The position numbers and the translations under genes are program-made. The notes beneath the pieces are model-generated. The model searched no databases. It saw nothing but the letters and a program-made list of their open reading frames with translations, and had not been told where the DNA came from. A DNA stretch of 59,155 nucleotides, filler included. It is 7 parts of 7 records of this genome, joined end to end, with 100 filler letters (N's around TTAATTAATTAA, not from the genome) between each part and the next. Parts side by side here need not be neighbours in the genome. Positions count along the whole stretch, not along the records: positions 16,134 to 22,197 come from SRR31147125_20598; positions 22,298 to 35,724 come from SRR31147125_20613; 5 more parts are not named here. One strand, written 5' to 3'. Shown here piece after piece: positions 20,340-30,591 of this stretch. Each line of letters begins with the position of its first letter. Position 1 is the stretch's first letter.

Positions 20340-20715
20340 TTCTGGTCTCCGTTAGAATATAGAAGGTGAAAGGTAACAGTACTGTACAAACCCTTTCATC
20401 GTTCTCTGCTGCACTAAATGTTGCTTCGAGAACAGCTTAGGCATTTGCAGAGGTATTGGCAAGAGAAGGTAACAAAGTCACACGAAATCAGGGTGATGAA
20501 AAATTCATATGCCTGCTCGTTCCGTTGAACTGATTGCGAGACATCTCGACCTGATGCTCTGCAACTGTGATGACATTCTTGCCGTAAGGGTGTGGCGAAG
20601 AATCCGGAGATCCCGCGCAGAACTGAAGTAATTTACATTTCCCCAATTTCCTGTTATTTTATCGTTTCTCCCACTCGGTATTGCGATTCATCCCAACATA
20701 CGTTATCCTGCAAGG

Positions 20716-20730
20716 TAGAATAACGTTCTT
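20716..20730. promoter_or_regulatory. Candidate IclR operator (copy 1)
   Basis: TAGAATAACGTTCTT; 12/15 identical to the palindrome at 21920-21934. Confidence 0.5.
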
Positions 20731-20849
20731 ACTGGAAGTATTTCTTTTGTCCAGCAGGGTTTCGTTGTTTTCAGCAGCCGCTTTATTTTCAACTGCTGGG
20801 ACTCGGCTTATCCCTCCTGACAGCTGTTAACCCGGAACGGAGAAGAAGT

Positions 20850-21656
20850 ATGTCCCCGAAAATATCTCCTCAAAAAAACACCGTGAAGTCGGCAAATTCA
20901 GCCCCTATCGTAGACAGTCTCGCGACTGCGCTACGGATTCTCGATCATTTCTCGATCAGGGAGCCCGAACTCTCACTTCGGGAACTCAGCGAAAAGACCG
21001 GGTTGTACAAGAGCAGGATTCACCGGCTGTGCGGCACCCTTGTCGCGCTTCGCTTTCTGACCCGAATGCCGTCATCGAGTTACCGTCTCGGTCCAAAACT
21101 GATGGCTCTTGGCAAGACCTACGAAAAATCAAATTCCCTGCTCACGATCGCGAGGCCGGTGATGAAGCGGTTGGCCGACGCCAGCGGAGAGTCGGTCGCA
21201 CTCTTCCACCTCGATGACGATTCTTGTATCTGTCTTGCCCGTGAATATGGTTCTTCGCGGCTCGTTTTCGATATCCAGGAAGGTGAGCATATGGAACTCC
21301 ATGCCTCGGCTGCAGGACGGGTTTTCATGACCTTTGGTCCGGAAGAGTTGTCAGACAAGGTACTTGAACAACAGGATCTCGAAAAATTCACATCCGAAAC
21401 AATTACCGACCACGATGTGTTGAGCAGGAAGCTCGCCGCAATAAAGGCGCGGGGGTACGAAATCAACCGTGGAGAACGTGAACTCGAAGTGGCGGCCATA
21501 GCGGCCCCGATCTACAATCACGATAGCAGCGTGGAATCGACGTTGACTCTTGTGGGACCTGTCCAGCGTTTTTCCACCGAACACGAATCGAAATTGAGCA
21601 CCCTGCTCATCGATGCCAGCAAAAAGATCTCCGAACTGCTGGGTGCGCCGCTTTAA
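20850..21656 (+). CDS. IclR family transcriptional regulator
   Basis: N-terminal wHTH (LRELSEKTGLYKSRIHRLCGTL), LHASAAGRV, RGYEIN, AIAAPI, GPVQRF. Confidence 0.93.
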   Translation: MSPKISPQKNTVKSANSAPIVDSLATALRILDHFSIREPELSLRELSEKTGLYKSRIHRLCGTLVALRFLTRMPSSSYRLGPKLMALGKTYEKSNSLLTIARPVMKRLADASGESVALFHLDDDSCICLAREYGSSRLVFDIQEGEHMELHASAAGRVFMTFGPEELSDKVLEQQDLEKFTSETITDHDVLSRKLAAIKARGYEINRGERELEVAAIAAPIYNHDSSVESTLTLVGPVQRFSTEHESKLSTLLIDASKKISELLGAPL

Positions 21657-21884
21657 CAAGTACTGGTCCACAGACCACTCTTCATACTCTTCTATAGCCC
21701 TCCTTTAGTCAGATTATCCTACACATAACGGTGTCTCATCAGATGAGAAATGCTCGAGCATGGACTCTTTCCCGGAAGAGTCCATGCTCCGCACCCTCTC
21801 ACCTGTCAATCGAATCTCGAACAGTCAGCAGACCTGGTTAATCGGCATGACCAGGCTGCAGGAGGTTTGAACAAGATATTTTTA

Positions 21885-21934
21885 TTGACAGGGTGCCCCC
21901 TGCACGATATTCTAATAGCTAGAACATCGTTCTA
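21885..21934 (+). promoter_or_regulatory. Sigma70 promoter with palindromic operator upstream of the aldehyde dehydrogenase
   Basis: TTGACA(21885)-N17-TATTCT(21908), then the palindrome TAGAAC-ATC-GTTCTA at 21920-21934, near the expected +1. Confidence 0.7.
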
Positions 21935-22056
21935 TTCTACACCTATCCCAGATATATACTTGTTATGTTGGGAGATAACCCTATTCCCACATTGCCGGTA
22001 TGTTCACTATCAGCTGCAGAAACCGGGTGCTCACCGGACCCGAAGGAGACACAAAC

Positions 22057-22197
22057 ATGGCACGCCCGATCACCGAGGAAGAAAAACAGTACGCACAGGA
22101 GTTGCTTAAAAGAGCCCGTAATGCCCAGAAGCAGATAGCCTCGCTCGGTCAGGCCGAAGTTGATCGCGCGATCCAGGCAATCGCATGGGCGGTGGCA
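22057..22197 (+). CDS. N-terminus of a CoA-acylating aldehyde dehydrogenase (SauS-like), truncated
   Basis: AAGGAG RBS; MARPITEEEKQYAQELLKRARNAQ...QAEVDRAIQAIAWAVA fits the acylating ALDH N-terminal helix pattern. Confidence 0.65.
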
Positions 22198-22297
22198 NNN
22201 NNNNNNNNNNNNNNNNNNNNNNNNNNNNNNNNNNNNNNNNNTTAATTAATTAANNNNNNNNNNNNNNNNNNNNNNNNNNNNNNNNNNNNNNNNNNNN
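22198..22297. other. Artificial contig spacer
   Basis: N44-TTAATTAATTAA-N44. Confidence 0.99.
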
Positions 22298-22331
22298 AGT
22301 CCCTTGCGTCTACCTATTCCGCCACCCCGGC
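22298..22331 (-). tRNA. tRNA-Leu, 5' part (truncated at contig end; anticodon not visible)
   Basis: GCCGGGGTGGCGGAATAGGTAGACGCAAGGGACT; Leu-type D-arm; the Gly-Cys-Leu operon order is conserved. Confidence 0.8.
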
Positions 22332-22351
22332 ACAAATGGCCTTTTCGGTTC

Positions 22352-22427
<76 letters not shown>

Positions 22428-22435
22428 ACAAGTAG

Positions 22436-22507
22436 AGCGGGAGACGGGATTTGAACCCGCGACCCCAACCTTGGCAAGGTTGTGTTCTACCACTGAACTA
22501 CTCCCGC
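22436..22507 (-). tRNA. tRNA-Gly(GCC)
   Basis: GCGGGAGTAGTTCAGTGGTAGAAC...TTGCCAA...GGTTCAAATCCCGTCTCCCGCT; CCA not encoded. Confidence 0.95.
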
Positions 22508-22517
22508 AAAACGTTAA

Positions 22518-22548
22518 CAAAGATAACGAATTTAATATTGTTATGCAA
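22518..22548 (-). promoter_or_regulatory. Promoter of the tRNA operon
   Basis: Minus strand TTGCAT-N17-TATCTTTG, which also matches the Bacteroidota-type TAnnTTTG element. Confidence 0.5.
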
Positions 22549-22660
22549 CAGTTTTTTTATTTTTTATTAATTATTTTTATTGTACGCAAAGCACTCGGTT
22601 TGACAGTAATCTTTAATATTAAAAACGAGGTGTACTATTAAAGCAGGCTTGTGATTTACA

Positions 22661-22912
22661 ATGAAAGAGATGGAGGATATTACGCTGAGCGACAAAAATG
22701 AAATAAAGCCTCATTCACTTATTATTACTTGTGAAATCTGTAAACAGGTAAAAAGGTTTGATGCAAAAAATGAAGATGAGGCGGAAAAGATATTTAGGAA
22801 CTTCAAGTGCGTGAATAATTGTGATCGATCCTTTTTAAGTTATATTACGATCAGACAATTACAATTCAAGCAACCTACGACGAAAATAACTGAAAAATCC
22901 AGAACAGTCTAA
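22661..22912 (+). CDS. Small hypothetical protein with four Cys (CxxC...CxxxC), putative metal-binding
   Basis: 83-aa ORF with CEIC and CVNNC. Confidence 0.6.
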   Translation: MKEMEDITLSDKNEIKPHSLIITCEICKQVKRFDAKNEDEAEKIFRNFKCVNNCDRSFLSYITIRQLQFKQPTTKITEKSRTV

Positions 22913-22974
22913 ACATTTATCCGTCTTATTATTAATGAATAATTCCTGAACCTACATTACACAAGTGAGTAAAA

Positions 22975-23433
22975 ATGGACAAAATCATTGCAAATTTAAA
23001 CGATGGAACATGGTGGTTTACAGTCATTGTTATGGCATTAATTGTTAGTATTTCAGCAAAATATCTTTCCGTTTGGATTGATAAAATATGGTCAGCGTTT
23101 TCGGTCAATCACAGGCAGGCCAAAGCAAAAAAAGAAATAAAAACATCACATTTACTGGAAAAGATTGCGTCTGATCAGGATTTATTAACGCTCAAACTTA
23201 TCGTTTTAGCAATTGACTGGTTAAAGACCATTTTTTATGGTTTATTTGTCATTCTACTATCACTCATGTTATTTAATTCCATCTATTCAAAATATTCAAT
23301 GATTATTAACTTTATTATTTTCTTTATGGCTATCATATCCTTTTTATCCATTGCACGATATACGGGCAAACAGGATAGATTTATTTTAAATGCCTATAAT
23401 ACATTTAAAGATAATAATATAAAGTCAAATTAA
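22975..23433 (+). CDS. Hypothetical membrane protein (about 3 TM)
   Basis: Three hydrophobic segments; very AT-rich. Confidence 0.65.
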   Translation: MDKIIANLNDGTWWFTVIVMALIVSISAKYLSVWIDKIWSAFSVNHRQAKAKKEIKTSHLLEKIASDQDLLTLKLIVLAIDWLKTIFYGLFVILLSLMLFNSIYSKYSMIINFIIFFMAIISFLSIARYTGKQDRFILNAYNTFKDNNIKSN

Positions 23434-23522
23434 ATTTTACGTGATCCGTTTTATTCACAGAAACATAATATGTAACAACAAGTTGTCTATTGGAGTAAAA
23501 AGCATTCTGAATATAATGGCAA

Positions 23523-23622
23523 AAAGCGTTCGCAAAAGAAAAAACTCACAAGAGAGAAATGTATAAAAAATGCCTGCCTCTCAAATTATAGAGTGATACT
23601 TTTTGTATTTTGCGAACGCTTT
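23523..23622. mobile_element. 100-bp MITE-like / IS-end remnant
   Basis: Perfect 15-bp terminal inverted repeat AAAGCGTTCGCAAAA (23523-23537) / TTTTGCGAACGCTTT (23608-23622); no coding capacity. Confidence 0.55.
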
Positions 23623-23907
23623 ATATTGTAATGTGAGTTGAATGCTTTTCACATTCACAAGCACTGTTTTCTTATTTTAGATCTTTAGAACAATTACCCT
23701 TCCATATCATCTTCAACATGTAACAACTTTCTTTAATAGTAGGTCACAAGCTGCCGAATTTATGCAGATTATATCATTTAAAGCAAAAGTGATAAATCAG
23801 TCCCCCCTTCTTGTTGACATTTTCATCTTCCCCCTTATCATTGCAATTACAATTCAGGTACATATTTACTATATTTTACGTGGTACAATTAAATTTCAAC
23901 TTCAATC

Positions 23908-25152
23908 TCACGGGATTTGCGTTTCCATATCTTTCATAGAGACATTTTTAACAAATATTTTTATCATTATAAATGCAAGTGGATGTAAAATGCCCATTAA
24001 AAAGAAAATGGGAAGATAACCGAAATAGGTAACAATATAACCGGGAGCCAGTGTGGCAATAAAAAGCCCTCCTAATCCTCCTGCAAAGCCAGCAAGGCCT
24101 GTCATTGATCCAACCGCCTTTGATGGAAAACAGTCACTTGACAGAGTGAATATGTTTGCTGACCAACCATTATGAGCACTACATGCCAGGCTTACCAGTA
24201 AAATGGCCACCCATGGATTTTCTGCCAGCACAGCCATAGCAGCGATTGGCATAAACAGCGAACATATAAGCATAGTCGTTTTTCTTGCTTTGTCAACGCT
24301 CCAACCACGACGCATTAGGTAACCAGGAAACCACCCACCAACAAATCCAAGTAACGTTGCAATAGTATAAATTAAAGGAATGGCAATCGCAATATCCTTT
24401 AGATTAAAACCCCGTTCTGCAGAGAGATAATTGGGCATCCAAAAGAGATAAAACCACCACACCGGATCTGTAAGAAATTTTCCTATCATAATTCCATATG
24501 TTTCCCTGTGCTGGAGCAGCTGAGACCATTTGTATTTTTCAGTATCAGAGCTCTGATTTGGCTTACTTGTTGTTGCTGGAACTGTATTTTGATAAGCAAA
24601 TTGCCAAATAATAACCAATAAAATCCCGAGTGCCCCAAAAACAACAAAAGTCCATCTCCAGCCTGCTGTGAGTGCGATAAGTGCGATAAAAGGTGGGCCA
24701 ATGATAGATGAAATGCTGGCCCCACTATTAAAAAGAGATGTGGCAAAGGAACGTTCCTCTATTTTGAACCATTCAGAAACAGATTTTATCGCTGCAGGAA
24801 AATTTCCTGATTGGGCCAATCCAAGGACGCCTCTCCATGAAGCCATTGAAAAAGCAGTACCACAAATGCCATGCATGGCAGCAGCCAGGGACCAGAAAAA
24901 TATCGACAGCATGTATCCAAGTTTTGTACCAAGCCAATCAATAATTTTTCCGGCAGCTAAAAAGCCAAAAGTATAGGCAAATTGAAAAGCACTTAGAATG
25001 TGTCCATAAGAGATATCATCGATATTCAGATCTTTTTTTATCTCCGGAATGAGAACAGAAAGAACAATACGATCAAAGTAATTAATTGTCGTGGCAGCAA
25101 ATAAGAGCGAAAGAATAACCCAGCGATAACGGTTTTGATTTTGATTCTGCAT
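23908..25152 (-). CDS. MFS transporter, ExuT-like (ACS family, hexuronate)
   Basis: ATTINYFDR, GNFPAAIKSVSEWF, KFLTDPVWWFYLFWMP. Confidence 0.88.
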   Translation of the reverse strand: MQNQNQNRYRWVILSLLFAATTINYFDRIVLSVLIPEIKKDLNIDDISYGHILSAFQFAYTFGFLAAGKIIDWLGTKLGYMLSIFFWSLAAAMHGICGTAFSMASWRGVLGLAQSGNFPAAIKSVSEWFKIEERSFATSLFNSGASISSIIGPPFIALIALTAGWRWTFVVFGALGILLVIIWQFAYQNTVPATTSKPNQSSDTEKYKWSQLLQHRETYGIMIGKFLTDPVWWFYLFWMPNYLSAERGFNLKDIAIAIPLIYTIATLLGFVGGWFPGYLMRRGWSVDKARKTTMLICSLFMPIAAMAVLAENPWVAILLVSLACSAHNGWSANIFTLSSDCFPSKAVGSMTGLAGFAGGLGGLFIATLAPGYIVTYFGYLPIFFLMGILHPLAFIMIKIFVKNVSMKDMETQIP

Positions 25153-25441
25153 GTAGTGTATCCCAATTTAATGTACCTGGCCATATCTTTTATAATTAAT
25201 TGGAAAAGGAATTTGTGCACATTAAAAAATTAAAGAAAAATCCTTCCTGCTTTTCTGGATGGTTGGATCATTGTGGATGGAAATTATTGAATCCTGGTTT
25301 TTAACAGTTCCAGTGTGTTTCTATCGTTAATGTCATATATTTATATACTCAGCGGTTTCAACGAATCCATCCCCCCTGTCATAAATAATTTGGCTATTTT
25401 TATTTATAATGTCAAGAACAGATTACTCCACCCTTAAAATT

Positions 25442-26836
25442 TCATGTCTTCCATGGCCCGGTGATAGCGAGTGTAAGACCATCGTGTTGAATGTTGACAA
25501 ATAAAGTGCTTCCATCAGGAGAGAATGTAACACCTGTAAATTCCGAATTACTTTTTGTATTTCTGGCAAATGTATAAACGTGCCCTTTTGGAGTGACGCC
25601 AACCAGAAATTGTTCACCTGGTCCATCTTCACAAACAATGAGATCTCCCCATGGCGCTATTGTCAGATTATCGACATTTTCAAAAATGTTTGCATCATTT
25701 GGCTCAATAAACAATTCCAATTTACCTGGATTTTTGGACTCTTTTTCCGTGCCTTCATCCGGACTTGGAAAATAATGCCAGATTTGACCTTTTTGACATC
25801 TTCCTCCGTTTGTGCATGTAAAATAGATTTCATTCTGACCATACCACATGCCTTCGCCTCTGGCAAATCTGGCTGCGTTCTTTTCAAATCCACGGTACCT
25901 TAGATCGTCTTCGTCAGAATCCACATTTTCAAGATTTATCCAGCTTACTTTCATGGTTTTACGTTCTTGCACAGTTTGTTCATTCCAGTTCCGTGTATCC
26001 ATTTGAGCATGATCCTCAATACAAAGAGCCTGCAGCGTTCCACCTTCATACAGATGGCCGGGATTATTGGGTATAAAACGATATAAAAGGCCATCCTCAC
26101 GATCCTCGGATAAATAGATAATGCTTGACCTGGGATCAACGGCGACCGCTTCATGATTAAAGCGCCCCATCTCCTTGTATGGTACAGGATCTGCCAATTC
26201 AATCGTGACAGATGCTGGTACCTCAAAAATATAGCCATGATCCTTTTGGCAATACTCCCCTGCCCTTTCTACTGTCTCTTCGCATGAAAGCCATGAATTC
26301 CATGGGGTAGGACCGCCAGCACAATTCCGAAGTGTTCCGGCCAGACTTAGAAATTGTTTCAAGAGTTTTCCGGACACTGTATCGTAGATGATCGTTGTTG
26401 TACCACCGAGACATGGAGTTGATGGTTGTCCCGGATCATATAGTTGATCCTTATTCAACTGTTTCAAAAGCTTATTTGATTGCCCAAAAGCACCCATTTG
26501 AGCAGGAGAACCGGGATTTATTTCGTGATTTCGAATGAGAATGGTTTCACCATCTGGTCCGGAAAAAGTGGCCATTCCATCCGGTACCGATGGAACTAGA
26601 AATCCATCACTCATCTTGTCCCCTGTTCTGGAAATAATGCTATATGAAAAATTTTCAGGTAAATCAATAATTTTATCAGGATCAGAGACAAGCGCTCCAA
26701 AACCATAACCAGGATCTTTTATTGATACGTTTTTGAACTTGCAATGAATAAATTGCTGCAATCCTAATAATCCAAGGCTTAAATGGGATGTATTTCGAAT
26801 AAAATGTCGTCGTGATATTTTCATCCTTTTCTCCAT
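25442..26836 (-). CDS. phoX: Tat-exported alkaline phosphatase PhoX family (DUF839)
   Basis: SRRHFI twin-arginine signal, PDGM, RNHE, NCAGGPTPW, SCEE, GRFNHEA, ARGEG, DNL, CEDG, NIQH. Confidence 0.88.
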   Translation of the reverse strand: MEKRMKISRRHFIRNTSHLSLGLLGLQQFIHCKFKNVSIKDPGYGFGALVSDPDKIIDLPENFSYSIISRTGDKMSDGFLVPSVPDGMATFSGPDGETILIRNHEINPGSPAQMGAFGQSNKLLKQLNKDQLYDPGQPSTPCLGGTTTIIYDTVSGKLLKQFLSLAGTLRNCAGGPTPWNSWLSCEETVERAGEYCQKDHGYIFEVPASVTIELADPVPYKEMGRFNHEAVAVDPRSSIIYLSEDREDGLLYRFIPNNPGHLYEGGTLQALCIEDHAQMDTRNWNEQTVQERKTMKVSWINLENVDSDEDDLRYRGFEKNAARFARGEGMWYGQNEIYFTCTNGGRCQKGQIWHYFPSPDEGTEKESKNPGKLELFIEPNDANIFENVDNLTIAPWGDLIVCEDGPGEQFLVGVTPKGHVYTFARNTKSNSEFTGVTFSPDGSTLFVNIQHDGLTLAITGPWKT

Positions 26837-27112
26837 TTTTGTTTTTTTGAAATTGAACGTAATTTGAAAAATTTCTTTAAACCTTAAGCCGGACTGAAAC
26901 CACCCATAGCACATATTATTATAGAAAACAATATCAAATGAAAATGCATTTCAAGCAATTTTAAGAGATGATTGATTTATTGTTGCTTAAATTACCCACT
27001 TTTTTTAAAATACGCATATTTAGGCATTTGAATTGTTTTTATTGTAATAAAAGCAAGACATTAACAGGTGTAATAGATTGATATTTTGAAAGTTACTCAA
27101 ACATGCTTTTTG

Positions 27113-27129
27113 TTGGTATAATAATTGCA
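27113..27129 (+). promoter_or_regulatory. Sigma54 -24/-12 promoter upstream of the sensor kinase
   Basis: TTGGTATAATAATTGCA with GG-N10-GC spacing. Confidence 0.55.
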
Positions 27130-27174
27130 AATTTCATTGTTTAGTCGATAATGACCTAAAGGGAGAAGTTCAGA

Positions 27175-28951
27175 TTGAATGACAAACGAAAGACAAAAGA
27201 ACAACTGATTGCAGAATTGCAGAAGTTAAGACACAGAAATTTTACCCTGGAAGCCAAACTTGTCAATTTACAAAATCAGAAAAATAGTCAGATTTCACAT
27301 AATCTTTTTAATTTTTTATCACTCACAACAACAGAATTACTCGAATTACCGTTGCATACAGATTTTTATGCATTTATCGCAAAAACTCTCTACAAAATCG
27401 TCGCGGATTCGAGTGTTCTTGTTAGTTCCTTTGATAAAACAACGAATCAATTCTGTCTTCGTTCTATTATTGGATTTGAAAAAGAGATTAAAAGCTTTTT
27501 TAAAAAAGCTGGTTTAAATATAATTAAATCAAATTACCCCATTAACAATGAGGCACTTGTAGCGTTAAAAAGTGGTCAAATTGCCAAAGTACCTGGTGGT
27601 TTATACGAGCTTGCCTGTGGAGGACTGGATCGTTCGTTTTGTCTGGAGCTTGAAAGGGTATTACATATACACCAATGCCATGCTATTGGATTTAGCTGGA
27701 ATGAAGAGTTATATGGCAGTGCTGTTATTCTCTCTCACCAGAATACGGAACTGGACAATTATGACATGATAACCGCATTCGTACGGCAGGCTTCTATTGC
27801 TTTGCAGCGCAGGCAAGCTGAGGAGCAGTTGAGGAATCACCGCAACCAACTCGAAATGCTGGTTCAAAAAGGGACAGCCAGTTTGAGAACTGCAAATAGG
27901 GAGCTGGAGAGAAAAATAAAGCAACATGAAAGGGCAAAAAACAATAATTGAAAGTGAGCTCAAGTACAGAGCGCTATTTGAATCAGCCCATGATGCAACA
28001 TTTCTAATGAAGGATCAATACTGTATAGATTGCAATACACAAACGCTTAGGATGTACGCGTGCAAAAAAGAACAAATTATTGGTAAGACAGTGGAAGATT
28101 TTTCAGCTAAACTCCAACCTGACGGCCGTGATGCAAATGAGAAGTCACTTGAACTGATAAAAATTACTAAACGTGTTGGACATCAACTTTTTGAATGGAA
28201 ATGTAAACGATTAGATGGCGCTTTATTTGATGCGGAAGTTAGCTTAAACCCTGTCCGGTTGGGGCATGATATTTTTACGCTTGCCATTGTTCGAGATGTG
28301 ACAGAGCGTAAACACGCCGAACAAAAAATAGTACAGTCCATGCAGGAAAAAGAGGTGCTATTAAAAGAAATTCACCATCGCGTCAAGAATAATATGCAGG
28401 TTATTTCCAGCTTGCTAAATCTGCAGGCCAATTTTATTGATGACGAAAAGACAATAAAGGTTTTACAGGATAGCAGAACCAGAGTCAGATCTATGGCGCT
28501 TGTACATGAAGCTCTTTATAATTCTGATAATCTATCCTGCATTACTATGCCAGAGTATGTTAAGAACCTGACAGATAATCTACTTAATATTTTTTCAAAT
28601 AATATGAGTCTTGTTCATGTACAAATGCATGTGGATAATATTAGTTTGCCTATTGAAATAGCCATTCCCTGTGGTTTAATCATGAATGAGCTGATCTCAA
28701 ACTCGTTCAAACATGCATTTGGCGATAAACAACATGGGCTCATTACTATCAGTTTCAAGGAAAAGAATAACCAATATTTATTAACAATATCGGATGATGG
28801 TCAGGGATTACCACAGAATTTTAATCTAAATAATATAAATTCGTTAGGTTTTCAATTGGTAACCAGCCTGGCCTTTCAAATAGATGCACAAATTAAATTT
28901 ACCAACCCAAATGGGTGCCAGTTCACGATCGTTTTTGATAAAAATAATTAA
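27175..28951 (+). CDS. Cytoplasmic GAF-like/PAS HisKA_2 sensor histidine kinase; frameshift in the A6 run near 27936-27941
   Basis: ORFs 27175-27951 and 27926-28951 join across a coiled coil (HERA/KTIIESELKYRALF); PAS domain; LLKEIHHRVKNNMQ, NELISNSFKHAF, DDGQG, SLGFQLV. Confidence 0.85.
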
Positions 28952-29369
28952 AATACGTCTGTTAACTATAATACATCTGACCTCATCTGTCATAAAAAAA
29001 CACCCGTTCTAATTTCTTTTAACATTTATTCTTCTTCTGGCCAGATACATGCAAGTAAAGACCATATACACAAAATAAAATGTGTTTTTTTAATGCAAAT
29101 TAGCCTATTTTAATGTATGGTTTTTGATATTTTCTCTCCCTTAATCTGGCGATAGATATTTTTGGGATTTAGTTCATTTATTTTGATTCGACCTAATTTG
29201 CCAAATTTCCCTAAGATAATATGACATTTCCTTTTATAAAATTTAATCTTTAAATAAAAGAATATCTATAATCTTTACTGAGCAAAACAGCAATAACTTT
29301 AATAAATAATATTATTAAATCGTATCATTTAAAGTATTACTTTTAATAATATATATAAAGGATAAATAG

Positions 29370-29920
29370 GTGAAAATTCTAATACTGGATGGAAATCCGG
29401 ATAAAATTAACTCCAGCTATGAAATTTATCTTGAAGACCTGATGACTGGTCTCAAAAAAGAGGGGCATACTGTTTCAAGGATTATAATAAGAACGAAATC
29501 AATAAAGTTGTGTACAGGATGCTGGCGGTGTTGGGTAAAAATCCCGGGCAATGTTTTGTCGCAGATGACTCGCACTATATTTGCAGTGAGGTTATTCAAT
29601 CTGACTTTGTACTATTTGTATCCCCTGTCATCATGGGATTTACCAGTGCATTACTAAAAAAAGCACAGGACAAGCTTATCCCTCTCCTTCATCCATATAT
29701 AGAGATTGTAAATAATGAGAGTCATCATCGAAAAAGGTATACAACGTATCCGAAACTGGGATTATTACTTGACAAATCTAAAGACACAGATGAAGAAGAT
29801 ATTAGCATTATCACTGATGTATACAAACGATTAGCTCTGAACTTTAAATCAACACTTTATTTTACCGAGCTCATGAACAACAATATAAAGGAGGTGTGCC
29901 ATGTCGTTAACAATCTTTAA
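29370..29920 (+). CDS. Flavodoxin-fold (iron-sulfur flavoprotein-like) protein; frameshift in the A5 run near 29537-29541
   Basis: MKILILDGNP...CTGCWRCWVK joins NPGQCFVADD...FVSPVIMG when one A is restored. Confidence 0.82.
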
Positions 29921-30560
29921 TGGCTCGCCGCGGGGAAAAAACAGTAATACAAAAATTTTAATGGATCACTTTATAAAGGGATATACGAAACACAACAACG
30001 ATCCTGTACAAATAGCTTATCTTTTCAATTATAAAGCCCTGCAACAGCATGTGAACCTCTTTAAAGAATCTGAAAATGTGCTCCTTGCTTTTCCTTTATA
30101 CACAGATGCCATGCCAGCGATTGTTAAATATTTTATTGAAGCCCTTGAACCACTGACTAGTAGTAAAGACAATCCTAATATGGGCTTTATTGTTCAATCC
30201 GGCTTTCCGGAGCCTATTCATTCCCGTAATATGGAAAAATATGTGTTTAAACTAACACAACGGTTAGGTTGTTCTCATTCAGGAACGGTTATTAAAGGAG
30301 GAGTTGAAGGAATAAAGATTATGCCATCCTGGATGACCAAAAAACTTTATCGTTCCTTCGTTGATCTCGGTGCAGACTATGCGAAAACAGGTGAATTAAA
30401 CAGAAATATTATTAAAAAGCTTGCGCCACGTGATAAATTTTCAATACAAAGATTAATGGTATTCAGATTTATGCAAAAACTGGGATTTGCAAATTTCTAC
30501 TGGGATCAGCAACTTAAGAAAAACAATGCTTTTTCAGAACGCTTCAGACAGCCATTTTGA
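29901..30560 (+). CDS. NAD(P)H-dependent FMN reductase / flavodoxin family protein
   Basis: FNGSPRGKNSNT, AFPLYTDAMP, QSGFPE. Confidence 0.85.
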   Translation: MSLTIFNGSPRGKNSNTKILMDHFIKGYTKHNNDPVQIAYLFNYKALQQHVNLFKESENVLLAFPLYTDAMPAIVKYFIEALEPLTSSKDNPNMGFIVQSGFPEPIHSRNMEKYVFKLTQRLGCSHSGTVIKGGVEGIKIMPSWMTKKLYRSFVDLGADYAKTGELNRNIIKKLAPRDKFSIQRLMVFRFMQKLGFANFYWDQQLKKNNAFSERFRQPF

Positions 30561-30591
30561 TTACCAAACAAACGTTTTATATTCAGCAAAT

